Of a stretch of DNA of 64,000 bases, positions 19,467 to 29,449 are shown in pieces. Both the position numbers and the translations under genes were made by a program. The notes below the pieces were generated by a model. The model had not been told where the DNA came from, ran no database searches, and worked only from the letters and a program-made list of their open reading frames with translations. Every line of letters starts with the position of its first letter. Positions within the stretch are counted from its first letter, which is position 1. This DNA is from Candidatus Saccharimonadales bacterium (GTDB taxonomy: Bacteria > Patescibacteriota > Saccharimonadia > Saccharimonadales > JAYRRP01), in the NCBI GenBank assembly GCA_041906765.1, contig JAYRIP010000004.1, positions 68,223 through 132,222 on the forward strand. The letters run 5' to 3'.

Positions 19467-20024
19467 ATGATAGAACATGAAAAGAAATACAGCATTCGTT
19501 TGACAGGAAAATTGCGGCAAAAAATTTTAGATTTTGGCTTTTTTGAAAAAGGCGATTCGCACCAGAGAGATACGTACTATAGTCGAAAAGATGTAGATTT
19601 TATGAAGACTAAGGAGTGTCTACGTATTCGCGAAGAAAGTGATACCGCTGAACTTACATATAAGCCACCTACAACTAAACAAATGCTTGAAAGTGATTCA
19701 ATATGGAAACAAGAGATCAATATAGCTATAAATCTAAAACAAATCGATGATCTAGATAAAATTTTGCAAGCGCTCGGCTGTAAAAAACTATGTACTGTGG
19801 ACAAAAAGCGTAAAACTTTTGTAAAACAACACATTACTATAGTAATAGATACCATTGCAAATCTTGGTAATTTTGTTGAGATTGAAATTTTAAATGATAA
19901 ACAGGATGATTCTGCAATAGATCAAATCAATAAAATAGCAAAAGAATTGGGCATTAATCAACAAAAGGTTGTCACTCTACCATATCGTGACTTACTTATG
20001 CTGTCACAAGGTTACACCTTTTAG
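19467..20024 (+). CDS. CYTH-domain protein (triphosphate tunnel metalloenzyme; CyaB/thiamine-triphosphatase/RNA-triphosphatase superfamily)
   Basis: The N-terminal ExExK motif (MIEHEKKYSI), LRIRE and the C-proximal ExE motif (VEIEIL) are arranged as in CYTH domains. It is 185 aa and very AT-rich. Confidence 0.6.
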   Translation: MIEHEKKYSIRLTGKLRQKILDFGFFEKGDSHQRDTYYSRKDVDFMKTKECLRIREESDTAELTYKPPTTKQMLESDSIWKQEINIAINLKQIDDLDKILQALGCKKLCTVDKKRKTFVKQHITIVIDTIANLGNFVEIEILNDKQDDSAIDQINKIAKELGINQQKVVTLPYRDLLMLSQGYTF

Positions 20025-20193
20025 CTGTACTTTAAATTGGTTCATATTAACTTTTAATGAGAACTATACGAATATAAAATCTCAAAGAAGTTATCTGACA
20101 GTCTACCTAAGAATCACCAAACCGATCACTAAGACATTCTGAAAGCCCACGTCATCTATGTCGCTAGGACCAGATGGTAGCTAAGCTGAAATT

Positions 20194-20279
20194 GGTGCCG
20201 GGGGAGGGACTCGAACCCTCATGTCGCAAGGACACACGATTTTGAGTCGTGCGCGTCTACCGGTTCCGCCACCCCGGCG
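20194..20279 (-). tRNA. tRNA-Leu (anticodon CAA)
   Basis: The reverse complement is GCCGGGG..CACGA-CTCAAAA-TCGTG..TGTC-CTTGC-GACA..GAGGG-TTCGAGT-CCCTC-CCCCGGC-A-CCA. This gives a 7-bp acceptor stem, anticodon CAA, long variable arm, T-arm and encoded CCA. Confidence 0.85.
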
Positions 20280-20364
20280 AGAATGGGGTATATCTGATAG
20301 GATGGGCAGGGCAATTGTACTATACTTAAGTCGCATACTCTAGTTATCCTTATATATCGTAAAA

Positions 20365-21567
20365 ATGGACAATGAAGATAGCCGCACTACTAACTCAGGA
20401 ACCGAGAAGCCGCATGTGAGCGATGCAGCCGATTTAATCCGGCGTAAACTCGAGGCTATCTATGCGCAGGAACCAAGTGCCAAAGAAGAAATTCAGGAAA
20501 TTACCCACACCAGCCATCTAACATCGCACCAGCGATATATGGCGCAGCTGACCAAATCCGGCCTCTCTTTGGCTGAAATACAAACCGCGTGGCACGAATA
20601 CTACTCGCGCCTTTCCGACCAAGGCAAGCATGAGGTCTGGCAAGAATTTTATGAGACCCATAAAAAAGAGAAGGAAAGTGACCAAGCCGCGGTTGTCACC
20701 ATGCAAAGTCCTGTCCCATCTGAAACTTTAAAATTCCACGGGGCACCCAAGCATAAATCCCGTTTGCATAAATCAAAAACATCTCTGCAAACTGTCGCGC
20801 ATGTCAAAGACCAGTTACTAAAAAAACCGCGGCACGCTTCACGCAAAGCACTCAGCCGCAAACAGCACGCCCAGTCGCTGATGTTCGGCATTTCTTTTGG
20901 TTCCATAGCACTACTGGTATTTCTGTTCGGGTTTTTTAACGAACGGTTCGTGGCTCCCTTTATCACCCCAAGCCGGCAGGTCAGCTCCACGCCAATCATC
21001 AACGACCCGAACGATACCAGCGCCGGCCCGGAGACTAAAGTAATTATTCCAAAAATTAACGTTGAGATACCGGTAGTCTATGATGAAACATCTGTTGAGG
21101 AAAAAGCTGTCCAAAAAGCTTTGGAGCGTGGCGTATTGCACTATGCCACTACTCCCTCGCCAGGCGAAAAGGGCAACAGTGTTATTTTTGGCCACTCCAG
21201 CAACAACATTCTTAATCAAGGCAAGTACAAGTTTGCATTTGTTCTTTTAAGCCGTTTGGAATCAGGGGACACATTTTATTTGACATATGGAGGCACCCGT
21301 TACGCCTACAAGGTATATGAGAAAAAAATCGTCAAACCGAACGAACTTGGCGTGCTCGGTGACACCGGTAAACCAGCCACAGTAACACTTATTACATGCG
21401 ATCCGCCCGGCACTTCGCTAAACCGACTAGTGGTCATTGGAGAGCAAATTAATCCGGATCCAAACGCCAACAAAGCTAGCACGGCAGCAAAAACAGATAC
21501 ACAGCCCGCTATCATTCCAAGCAATGCCCCAAGCCTGTGGCAACGCATTAAAGACTTATTTCATTAA
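20365..21567 (+). CDS. sortase-family transpeptidase with long N-terminal cytoplasmic region
   Basis: A TM segment LMFGISFGSIALLVFLFGFF is followed by the sortase fold with His motif IFGHS, catalytic Cys motif TLITCDPPGT and an Arg-containing C-terminal strand. Confidence 0.7.
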   Translation: MDNEDSRTTNSGTEKPHVSDAADLIRRKLEAIYAQEPSAKEEIQEITHTSHLTSHQRYMAQLTKSGLSLAEIQTAWHEYYSRLSDQGKHEVWQEFYETHKKEKESDQAAVVTMQSPVPSETLKFHGAPKHKSRLHKSKTSLQTVAHVKDQLLKKPRHASRKALSRKQHAQSLMFGISFGSIALLVFLFGFFNERFVAPFITPSRQVSSTPIINDPNDTSAGPETKVIIPKINVEIPVVYDETSVEEKAVQKALERGVLHYATTPSPGEKGNSVIFGHSSNNILNQGKYKFAFVLLSRLESGDTFYLTYGGTRYAYKVYEKKIVKPNELGVLGDTGKPATVTLITCDPPGTSLNRLVVIGEQINPDPNANKASTAAKTDTQPAIIPSNAPSLWQRIKDLFH

Positions 21568-23075
21568 GGCTTCAATTTTAGGGCAGTTTGAGTCAGGGCA
21601 TATTTCCCTGGCGCCCCCACTGAAGGTCCAACTGTAAAGAGAAATACGCGGTCGCGATCAAACAAGGGAATATGCCCCGGGCTGATAGGTGCCAGAGTCT
21701 GTAAATTGATGCCATCATAATCAAACACAATGGTCTTACCCTCCACATTGAGAAGCAGCCTGTGTCCGTCCATCCAAGTCGCAAAGTTGTCAGATGCTAC
21801 CGGTAACTTTACGTCATATGAAAATCGCCGGTCATACTCAGCGTCATACACGGCAAATTTACTCCCATTTTGGGCTGCAATGAAACGGGCATTGTCCGAA
21901 AAACTGATACGTTTCACCTTGTCCAGCCTAAGTATCATAATGGGGGCAATCTCTTGTTGGTTGGCATGTTTGGCCACTTCTATCGGGTCTTTATAGACAT
22001 AAACCTTATCCTCATTCTTTGAGCCAGCAGCTGCGTACCATTTATTATCAAACTTAGCCAAATCAAGTACGTATTCGGCGCCCGTTTTAAAGTAGTGAAT
22101 TAAGTGCTCCGCATCACCATCTCTGATCTTCAACGCCAACATGCCAGGCTTCTTGCCATCATCAGTAATATATAGCATGGTATTATCGCCGTGCGGTTTA
22201 AATGCAACCACCTTAGTCAAAAATGGTGTTAATGTCTTTGGTTTCACATCGGCCACTTGTAAAAGCTGAGAGATTGCTTGGTACACATATAACTTGTCGA
22301 ACTGTTTGTCACGCATGGCGACTTCAGTCATTTCCAGACCAAGCGTTCGGTTCACGTTAAACGAAGCGGCTGGGGTCTCGCGGTCAACCATAATGAATTC
22401 ATACTTGTCGCCAAAAGTGTGCTTGAGTAGCACGTGACGATTATCCGTCGACCACTCAACAAATTGATATGCTTGAGAAGCGGGGGAAGTAGTCAAGAGA
22501 TTATCCGGTAATGTCAATACTGTCACTGGCAACGTTTCTTTTGATAAATCATATAGGTCAAATTTCTGCAAAGTTGCAGTTTGTTGTATGAGCAACCACT
22601 TGCGGTCAGGGCTTTCAGTTGATAGCCCTGGCACGGTGCTATAGAGCTGTGCATCTTTAGTCACCAGTTTTTCAGGGAAAAGGGTAGGATAAATAAACCT
22701 CTCTATACTGCCACCCTCCAAGGTGAAGTTACGCTTCCACGGCCGGTACCCATCGCGTTTGAGTTCCAGGCTATACTGACCGACCGGAAGCTCCATTCTG
22801 GTGGCAGTCCGATCCTTATATCGTTGTCCATTCAAATAAACATCGGCTGATTCGGGGTGAGCATCAATAAAAACCATCCCATTTTGCACTACTTCACCTG
22901 TCTTGCGATCAAAATCATATCCATAGGCGCGGAATAACAAGACAAGCGAACCCAGTGCCAAGGCAACCGCGACCAGAAAATAACCAATATAGAGGCGTAT
23001 TAGGTGCTGCTTTTTTTTCTTAGGGTCGAGAAAATCCATAGATTCCAGGAGATAGTGTACTCCAATCATGGCCAA
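21564..23075 (-). CDS. membrane-anchored protein with PEGA-like domain and beta-rich C-terminal region
   Basis: An N-terminal TM is followed by HPESADVYLNGQRYKDRTAT..LPVGQYSLELKRDGYRP, which resembles a PEGA domain. The C-terminal 350 aa are beta-strand rich. It overlaps the sortase stop by 4 nt. Confidence 0.4.
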   Translation of the reverse strand: MAMIGVHYLLESMDFLDPKKKKQHLIRLYIGYFLVAVALALGSLVLLFRAYGYDFDRKTGEVVQNGMVFIDAHPESADVYLNGQRYKDRTATRMELPVGQYSLELKRDGYRPWKRNFTLEGGSIERFIYPTLFPEKLVTKDAQLYSTVPGLSTESPDRKWLLIQQTATLQKFDLYDLSKETLPVTVLTLPDNLLTTSPASQAYQFVEWSTDNRHVLLKHTFGDKYEFIMVDRETPAASFNVNRTLGLEMTEVAMRDKQFDKLYVYQAISQLLQVADVKPKTLTPFLTKVVAFKPHGDNTMLYITDDGKKPGMLALKIRDGDAEHLIHYFKTGAEYVLDLAKFDNKWYAAAGSKNEDKVYVYKDPIEVAKHANQQEIAPIMILRLDKVKRISFSDNARFIAAQNGSKFAVYDAEYDRRFSYDVKLPVASDNFATWMDGHRLLLNVEGKTIVFDYDGINLQTLAPISPGHIPLFDRDRVFLFTVGPSVGAPGKYALTQTALKLKP

Positions 23076-23163
23076 AGTTCACGGCCCTGTATATAAATTT
23101 GCGAGCTTGTAAAGTAAGCGAATTGCTATTACTATAGACGTATCATAAGCAGTATGTGCTGCG

Positions 23164-24336
23164 GTGTATGAAAGACCAAAAATGAACAAGGCAACGAAGG
23201 CGAACACAATCACTTTCAATGGGCATTTGTATGATGCCAGGACTGGCCAACCCCTCCACCAGCGCTCTACATCACATTTCCGTCGACAAGATAATGCCAG
23301 TAAGCAACGCACAGTAGACGGCATTACCAGACGCCAGGCGAGCACATCTCCTACAAAAGGCAGGCAGCAGACTGTTCAGTCTCCTGCCGCTAGCCACGCC
23401 AAAGAGCAAATTATTCACCCAAAACATGCTCCTCACCAAAAAGCTGCGCATGCACATGCCATACACCAGCGAACTACCCGGCCGAATACACTCATGCGCA
23501 CAACAGTTAAGAAGCCAGCAGCGTCCAAGATTCATTCCTTGAATTCACCGCTTCTGTCAAACAGTAACCTTGAAATATCTGCACCTAGCTCGCTCGAACA
23601 CTCTGCCGATCGGATCATTCATGCTCCACGAGTTGCAAAAAGCAAACTCATCAGCCGGTTCAACATCGTGGAGGCCCCTGCAGTTGCGAAAACACACGCT
23701 TCCAGTCTCACGGTCCGGCCACACCCCGAAGAATCTCCCGCCACTGCGCCACATTTGGCAACAGACCCCCCCGCAGCCCGGATTTCTGCCGCCACCGAAA
23801 TGTTTGAAGCAGCCATGAACAAAGCGGACAGCCACAAGCAAAAATCAATCCCGCACTCACACCGATCAAAGCTAGGCATTAGCAGAAAAGCCCGTAACGT
23901 TGGGGCAATCACTGCCGCTAGCGTATTGATTATTGGCTTTATTGTTATCCACAATACACCAAATCTGTCGATGAAGCTTGCGTCTAGTCGCGCAGACGTA
24001 CATGGCTCGTTACCGGCCTATCGCTTATCCGGTTTTTCGATGCAGCGACCGGCTTACACGCAGGGCGAAATTGTACTGAATTTTCATTCAAACAACCATG
24101 ACAACCGCAATTTTACGGTAGTGCAGAAGAGCGCCCCTGGTCTACCTTATGACCTCGAACAGCAGTTTCTCCAGCAACAAAGCGTCGCTTACCAACGCCA
24201 TGAACAGAATGGTAGGACCATCTATCTATACGGCGATAACAATGCAACCTGGGTAGAAAATAGTACATGGTATGATCTGCGCGGAGACGCTCAGCTTACC
24301 GCAGACCAGGTTTTGAAATTTGCCGCAAGTTTCTAA
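23164..24336 (+). CDS. hypothetical membrane protein (basic/His-rich disordered N-terminus, single TM, C-terminal globular domain)
   Basis: TM at AITAASVLIIGFIVI. The C-terminal domain pattern is reminiscent of anti-sigma/DUF4367-type ectodomains, but I recognise no solid motif. Confidence 0.4.
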   Translation: MYERPKMNKATKANTITFNGHLYDARTGQPLHQRSTSHFRRQDNASKQRTVDGITRRQASTSPTKGRQQTVQSPAASHAKEQIIHPKHAPHQKAAHAHAIHQRTTRPNTLMRTTVKKPAASKIHSLNSPLLSNSNLEISAPSSLEHSADRIIHAPRVAKSKLISRFNIVEAPAVAKTHASSLTVRPHPEESPATAPHLATDPPAARISAATEMFEAAMNKADSHKQKSIPHSHRSKLGISRKARNVGAITAASVLIIGFIVIHNTPNLSMKLASSRADVHGSLPAYRLSGFSMQRPAYTQGEIVLNFHSNNHDNRNFTVVQKSAPGLPYDLEQQFLQQQSVAYQRHEQNGRTIYLYGDNNATWVENSTWYDLRGDAQLTADQVLKFAASF

Positions 24337-24358
24337 ATAACTTCCTTGTCGGCCTAAA

Positions 24359-24380
24359 GCGGGTAAAGCCCGCATTTTTG
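24359..24380 (+). terminator. intrinsic terminator after hypothetical membrane protein gene
   Basis: Hairpin GCGGG-TAAAG-CCCGC is followed by ATTTTTG. Confidence 0.45.
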
Positions 24381-24396
24381 TGGCATACTTGGGGTA

Positions 24397-25833
24397 ATGA
24401 GTACGGCACGCACCAGATTCGCACCCAGCCCAACCGGCTTTATGCATGTTGGCGGAGCCCGCACCGCTTTATTTGCCTGGTTACTCGCAAAACAGAAGGG
24501 CGGACAGTTCATCTTACGGATCGAGGACACCGATCGCTCGAGGGAAGTACAGGGCTCAGTTCAACATATTATCGAATCGCTCTCGTGGCTAGGCCTCATT
24601 TGGGATGAAGGCCCTGATAAAGGTGGGCCGAATGGCCCCTATCTACAGAGTGAGCGCCTTGCTATATATCATGAATGGGCGCTAAAACTAATCGAAAAGG
24701 GCAGGGCTTATGCTGATCCGTATTCGCCCGAGGAACTGCACCAATTCCGAGAACGTGCAAAAGCCCAAAGCAAACCCTTCCTATTTAGGGACTGGCGGCC
24801 TACCGAGCCACCTAAGTGGAACGGCAAACTTCCACTCAGGTTTAAGTCGAATCCTCGGGAATTTTCATGGCACGATGAAGTCATGGGCGAATTGCACGCC
24901 GGGCCCGAGGCTTGCGATGATTTTATTCTTATAAAGTCAGATGGCTATCCTACCTATAACTTTGCACACATTATCGATGACCACCTCATGAACATTACTC
25001 ATGTTATCCGCTCACAGGAGTTTATTGCTTCAGTGCCAAAATACCTCGATCTGTATGAAGCGCTTGATCTTAAGCCACCGATATTCGCCACGTTACCTTT
25101 TGTCATGGGAGCCGGCGGCAAAAGAAAGCTGAGCAAACGTGATGGAGCAAAGGACATTATGGAATATGCCCGCCTCGGATACCTGCCAGCGGCTATGATG
25201 AATTTCTTGGCCAGTCTGGGCTGGAATGATGGTACTGAGCAGGAGCTTTTCACCATCGAAGAGTTACAACAAAAATTCAGCTTAGCAAGGGTGCAGAAGA
25301 GTGGGGCAGTGTTTGATGAAGCCCGCCTGCTTTGGATGGACGGTGCCCACATGCGGCGTTTATCACTAGAGGAACTGTCTCAACTAGCAGCACAATTTTG
25401 GCCACCCGAAGCCAACAATGCATCCAAAGACTATAAAGACGCCGTACTATCGCTGGTCCACGAAAGATTGAAGTACCTGGCAGAGTTGCCGGATCTGACA
25501 AAATTCTTTTTTACCGACCCAGAACTTATGACGGAAAGCTTTGCAAATGCATCGTCAGATAGTATGGATATAGTGGAATTATTGCATGATACGGCGGTCG
25601 ATCTCCAAAACAGCGAGTTTGATGAAGCCGACCTGGAACAGCGCTTAAGAGCACTTGCCCAAGCAAAAAATATTAAACCCAGTACTCTGTTTCAGACAAT
25701 TCGCATTAGTATCACCGGATCAAAAGTAGCACCCGGTCTGTTCGAGACTCTTCATGCTCTGGGCAAAGAGACAAGTTTGCGTAGGCTGGAGCAGGCTATA
25801 CAAGTACTTCGGTCAGCCATTAATAAAGTATAG
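24397..25833 (+). CDS. gltX: glutamate--tRNA ligase
   Basis: RFAPSPTGFMHVGGARTALFAW (HIGH region), ILRIEDTD and the KLSKRDGA (KMSKS) motif are present. Confidence 0.9.
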   Translation: MSTARTRFAPSPTGFMHVGGARTALFAWLLAKQKGGQFILRIEDTDRSREVQGSVQHIIESLSWLGLIWDEGPDKGGPNGPYLQSERLAIYHEWALKLIEKGRAYADPYSPEELHQFRERAKAQSKPFLFRDWRPTEPPKWNGKLPLRFKSNPREFSWHDEVMGELHAGPEACDDFILIKSDGYPTYNFAHIIDDHLMNITHVIRSQEFIASVPKYLDLYEALDLKPPIFATLPFVMGAGGKRKLSKRDGAKDIMEYARLGYLPAAMMNFLASLGWNDGTEQELFTIEELQQKFSLARVQKSGAVFDEARLLWMDGAHMRRLSLEELSQLAAQFWPPEANNASKDYKDAVLSLVHERLKYLAELPDLTKFFFTDPELMTESFANASSDSMDIVELLHDTAVDLQNSEFDEADLEQRLRALAQAKNIKPSTLFQTIRISITGSKVAPGLFETLHALGKETSLRRLEQAIQVLRSAINKV

Positions 25834-25878
25834 CCAACCGGTTTTTACTTAAGCACAAGCGCTGTTACAATATCAGGC

Positions 25879-27141
25879 ATGGATGATATCATACCGCCGG
25901 AACGAACTACCGGCCCTCTTGAAGAACGGCTCGAATTTTCCGAAGCCCACACCGAAAAAGACCTAAGCACTGAAGCAGAAAGCAGCTTATCTAAAGAATC
26001 ATCTGATAACACCGATAAAGCCCGGGCTAACGATAATATACAGTCCCAGCCGCCGAAACAAAAAAAACCTCATCGAAAAAATGTGAAAGACTGGTTCCTG
26101 GGTTTGAGCCGTAAACAGAAATTTATTTTTGTAGGTATCGTTGCTGGTCTGTTGATAGCCCTAGCAGGCGGATTATTTTTTGTACTACAAAAGCCAAAGC
26201 CAACACCAGCCAAAGTGTCACAGGCTCCGGCACCAGCACCGGCGCCCCCAAAAACTACCGAGCCTTCCAAGTTATCCGGGGTAGAAGTGCCACTCGAGAA
26301 AAATAAACTGCCTGTCATCGGTATAATGATCGAGAATAGTCCTGACGCCCGACCGCAATCCGGCCTGACGCAAGCAGGGGTTGTTTTTGAAGCAATCGCC
26401 GAAGGTGGCATTACCCGCTTCCTGGCCTTGTTCCAGGAAAACCAGGTTGAATATGTCGGGCCTGTCCGCAGTGTTCGGCCTTATTATCTTGACTGGGTCC
26501 AAGGGTTCGATGCTCCGATTGCCCATGTGGGTGGCAGCGCCGATGCACTGGCAGCTTTGCGGCGCGGCGGTTATAAGGATCTCGACCAATTTTCCAATAG
26601 TGCCGCTTACTGGCGCATAAAAGAGCGTTACGCCCCACACAATATGTACACCAGCTTGCCAAAACTAGTCGATGCAGCCAACCAGAAAAAGTTCGTCCCT
26701 ACGAACTTTGACAGCTTCCCACGCAAGGCCGAAAAAGCCTCACCAACGCCTAGTGCGAAGTCAATAGACCTGGGATTGTCAGGATTCCTCTATAACGCAC
26801 ACTTCGACTACGATGCTGCTACCAACAGCTACAAACGCAGCGAAGCGAATAAACCGCATGTCGATGAAAAGTCTGGTCAACAGATTGCACCCAAGGTAGT
26901 TATTGCTTGTGTGGCACAATATGCCGCCGCTTACAATGGTGTAAATAGCGCCTACAACTCAGTAGGTGAAGGCAAGGTCTATGTCTTCCAAGACGGCATT
27001 ATGACTGAAGGAACATGGAAAAAGACTAGCGGCAAAAGCCAGATTACTTTTACAGGCACCGACGGCAAACCGATAGCACTCAACCCCGGCCAAACCTGGA
27101 TCACATTCGTGGGCGGTACAGATAAGGTATCTGCAAAGTAA
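25879..27141 (+). CDS. DUF3048-family (YerB-like) membrane-anchored protein
   Basis: An acidic N-terminus and a TM are followed by IENSPDARPQSGLTQAGVVFEAIAEGGITRFLALF, characteristic of DUF3048. Confidence 0.6.
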   Translation: MDDIIPPERTTGPLEERLEFSEAHTEKDLSTEAESSLSKESSDNTDKARANDNIQSQPPKQKKPHRKNVKDWFLGLSRKQKFIFVGIVAGLLIALAGGLFFVLQKPKPTPAKVSQAPAPAPAPPKTTEPSKLSGVEVPLEKNKLPVIGIMIENSPDARPQSGLTQAGVVFEAIAEGGITRFLALFQENQVEYVGPVRSVRPYYLDWVQGFDAPIAHVGGSADALAALRRGGYKDLDQFSNSAAYWRIKERYAPHNMYTSLPKLVDAANQKKFVPTNFDSFPRKAEKASPTPSAKSIDLGLSGFLYNAHFDYDAATNSYKRSEANKPHVDEKSGQQIAPKVVIACVAQYAAAYNGVNSAYNSVGEGKVYVFQDGIMTEGTWKKTSGKSQITFTGTDGKPIALNPGQTWITFVGGTDKVSAK

Positions 27142-27178
27142 ACTGGTAGAATTAGCTCCAGACACGTACAATCCCAAT

Positions 27179-27538
27179 ATGGCTGTGCATGAGGAAAATC
27201 CTGACAACGTATCAGTAAACCGCGGCTTTCCTAATGCCGCTCTTGACCATACGCTCTCCGGTCTTGATCTCGGTCAGCTGCTTATAAAGAATCCTGCGGG
27301 TACTTTCTTTTGGAGAGTAGAGGGGAACAGCGGCAACGAACACGGCATTTATCACAATGATATTTTAGTGGTCGACCGCACTTTAAAGCCGCTGGCGCAT
27401 GACCTTGTCCTCTGGTGGCAAGACGATTATTTTTGTATTACTCATTTAAAACAGCTGCCAAAACACACCTCTATATGGGGAGTGATTACCTATAGTATCC
27501 ACCCACGCCGCCTATCTCGGCCAACGAGCAGCAATTGA
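27179..27538 (+). CDS. umuD: UmuD-like S24 peptidase-fold protein (translesion polymerase accessory subunit)
   Basis: LIKNPAGTFFWRVEGNS, ILVVDRTLKPLAHDLVL and a C-terminal Lys resemble the LexA/UmuD C-terminal catalytic domain. Confidence 0.7.
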   Translation: MAVHEENPDNVSVNRGFPNAALDHTLSGLDLGQLLIKNPAGTFFWRVEGNSGNEHGIYHNDILVVDRTLKPLAHDLVLWWQDDYFCITHLKQLPKHTSIWGVITYSIHPRRLSRPTSSN

Positions 27539-27600
27539 CAAAACTCTATAGCTTAAGTACAACTTATACTAAAGTTATAAAATAGAAAGGTACCTAAATA

Positions 27601-27993
27601 ATGGTCAAAAACACAAAGAAACTTAAAGAGGCGCCGCGCTTCAATCCCCTGAATGTTTTCTTACTTGTGTCATTTTTCATAGTTGCCGGCATCGCATTTT
27701 ACCAGCTCACTTTTGCAGCCACCTGTCCAACACTAAAGAGCGGTTCACGGGGTGCGTGTGTGCGTCAACTACAACAAGACCTCAATGCTTTAGGCGCAAA
27801 TCCCCAGCTCACAGAAGATGGCAGGTTTGGGCCAACCACACGATATGCAGTGGAACAATACCAATCACAAAAAAGCTTAAAGGTGGATGGTATTGTCGGA
27901 CGTCAGACCAAAAAAGCCATTACAAGTGATATTCAAGTTTCCTGGCAATGCTTCATTTACGCCCAACAGGGAAGACCTTGTAGCACCATTTGA
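27601..27993 (+). CDS. membrane-anchored peptidoglycan-binding (PG_binding_1) domain protein
   Basis: A TM is followed by CVRQLQQDLNALGANPQLTEDGRFGPTTRYAVEQYQ..VDGIVGRQT, the PGBD1 repeat signature. Confidence 0.6.
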   Translation: MVKNTKKLKEAPRFNPLNVFLLVSFFIVAGIAFYQLTFAATCPTLKSGSRGACVRQLQQDLNALGANPQLTEDGRFGPTTRYAVEQYQSQKSLKVDGIVGRQTKKAITSDIQVSWQCFIYAQQGRPCSTI

Positions 27994-28034
27994 CGGCCCT
28001 GGCATCTGCTGAACCAGCAGGCTAAGATAGGTGC

Positions 28035-29327
28035 GTGGGAAATAGCCAAACTCTTTTTGCGCTTATCGATTGCAACAATTTTTTTGTCAGTTGTGAGCGT
28101 CTGTTCGCGCCGGCACTCAATAATAAGCCAGTGGTGGTACTGTCGAGTAATGATGGTTGTGTGGTCGCCCGCTCGAACGAAGCAAAGGCAATCGGTATTC
28201 CTATGGGAGCACCTGCGTTTAAATTCCAGCAAATATTCAACCAGCATCAAGTAGCAAAGTTTTCAGCCAATTTCGAACTCTATGGCGACATATCGAGGCG
28301 AATTATCCAGGTATTGACAACTATCACTCCTCGCCTTGAAGTGTATTCGATAGACGAGGCGTTTTTAGATATCAGCCAGTTAGCGGTAAAAGACCCTGCA
28401 CGTTGGGGAAGAAAGGTAAGAAATGAGATTTTCAAAACGACTGGCATACCTGTCTCAATCGGTATCGCACCGACGAAAACCCTGGCTAAGCTAGCCAGCG
28501 ACCGTGCAAAGAAGAATCCGGATTTACAAGGCGTCTTGCATTTGACAGGTAACACCCACTCTATCGATGAGCTTATGCAACAAACACCCGTAGAAGGTGT
28601 CTGGGGCATAGGCAGAAAACTTGCCCCGAAGCTTAGAGCAGAGGGAGTAACAAACGCTTTTGAACTCGCGCGCCAACCAACGACACTTGCCCGGCAGCGC
28701 ATGGGCTTACGCGGCGAACAAGTTGTCAGAGAATTACAAGGCACCAGCTGTTTACCCCTCGCGTCATCCGTCAGTAAATCAAAGAGTATTGCCCGCACCC
28801 GCACTTTTGGCGAAGACACCGATCAACTCCATGTCATTGAGGCAGCCATCGCGAATTTCACTACCCGTGCAGCCTTCTGTTTGCGCCAATCAGGGCAACT
28901 GACACGCCGTTGCGGTGTATTCCTTATGACAAACCGTCATAAGCCAGGTTTTCGGGTGTGGAGTAGTGAGATTACCTTTGGTCAACCCACTGCTGACAGC
29001 GGACTGCTTATTCAGCACTTGGTTGCAGCAGTGGCAAAGCTTTACCAGGATCAATATTGGTACCACCGTGCCGGAATCTGGCTCCATGATTTCGTGGGTG
29101 CCACTGTCCTGCAAACCGATCTATTTGGTGGAATAGATACCCGAAAACATGATAGAAGCACCTCTCGAATGCAAGCAATTGATCACCTCAATCACCGCTA
29201 TGGAAAAAACACCGTGCACTTTGCCGCCGAAGATCTTGCCAATGATTGGGAGCCTAAACATATACTGCGTAGTCCCCGTTACGTCTCAAGATGGGAAGAG
29301 TTGCCCACGGCAAAATTCCTAAATTAA
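28035..29327 (+). CDS. umuC: Y-family DNA polymerase (UmuC/DinB-type translesion polymerase)
   Basis: FALIDCNNFFVSCERLF, SIDEAFLD and the IGIAPTKTLAKLAS motif are present. Confidence 0.85.
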   Translation: MGNSQTLFALIDCNNFFVSCERLFAPALNNKPVVVLSSNDGCVVARSNEAKAIGIPMGAPAFKFQQIFNQHQVAKFSANFELYGDISRRIIQVLTTITPRLEVYSIDEAFLDISQLAVKDPARWGRKVRNEIFKTTGIPVSIGIAPTKTLAKLASDRAKKNPDLQGVLHLTGNTHSIDELMQQTPVEGVWGIGRKLAPKLRAEGVTNAFELARQPTTLARQRMGLRGEQVVRELQGTSCLPLASSVSKSKSIARTRTFGEDTDQLHVIEAAIANFTTRAAFCLRQSGQLTRRCGVFLMTNRHKPGFRVWSSEITFGQPTADSGLLIQHLVAAVAKLYQDQYWYHRAGIWLHDFVGATVLQTDLFGGIDTRKHDRSTSRMQAIDHLNHRYGKNTVHFAAEDLANDWEPKHILRSPRYVSRWEELPTAKFLN

Positions 29328-29449
29328 AATCCTTGTCAAAAGCCGAGGTCTTCCTAAAAACCTTCGGAGGTTGAACCTTCTAGACAGTGTGGCTTTTATC
29401 TGCCTTTGCTTACTTCTAAGCCTAGTGGTGACTTATACCAGTGAACATT

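Noticed and set aside
27142-27178. LexA/SOS box upstream of umuD
   Set aside because: No CTGT-N8-ACAG or GAAC-N4-GTTC-type palindrome is visible, so I make no SOS-box call.
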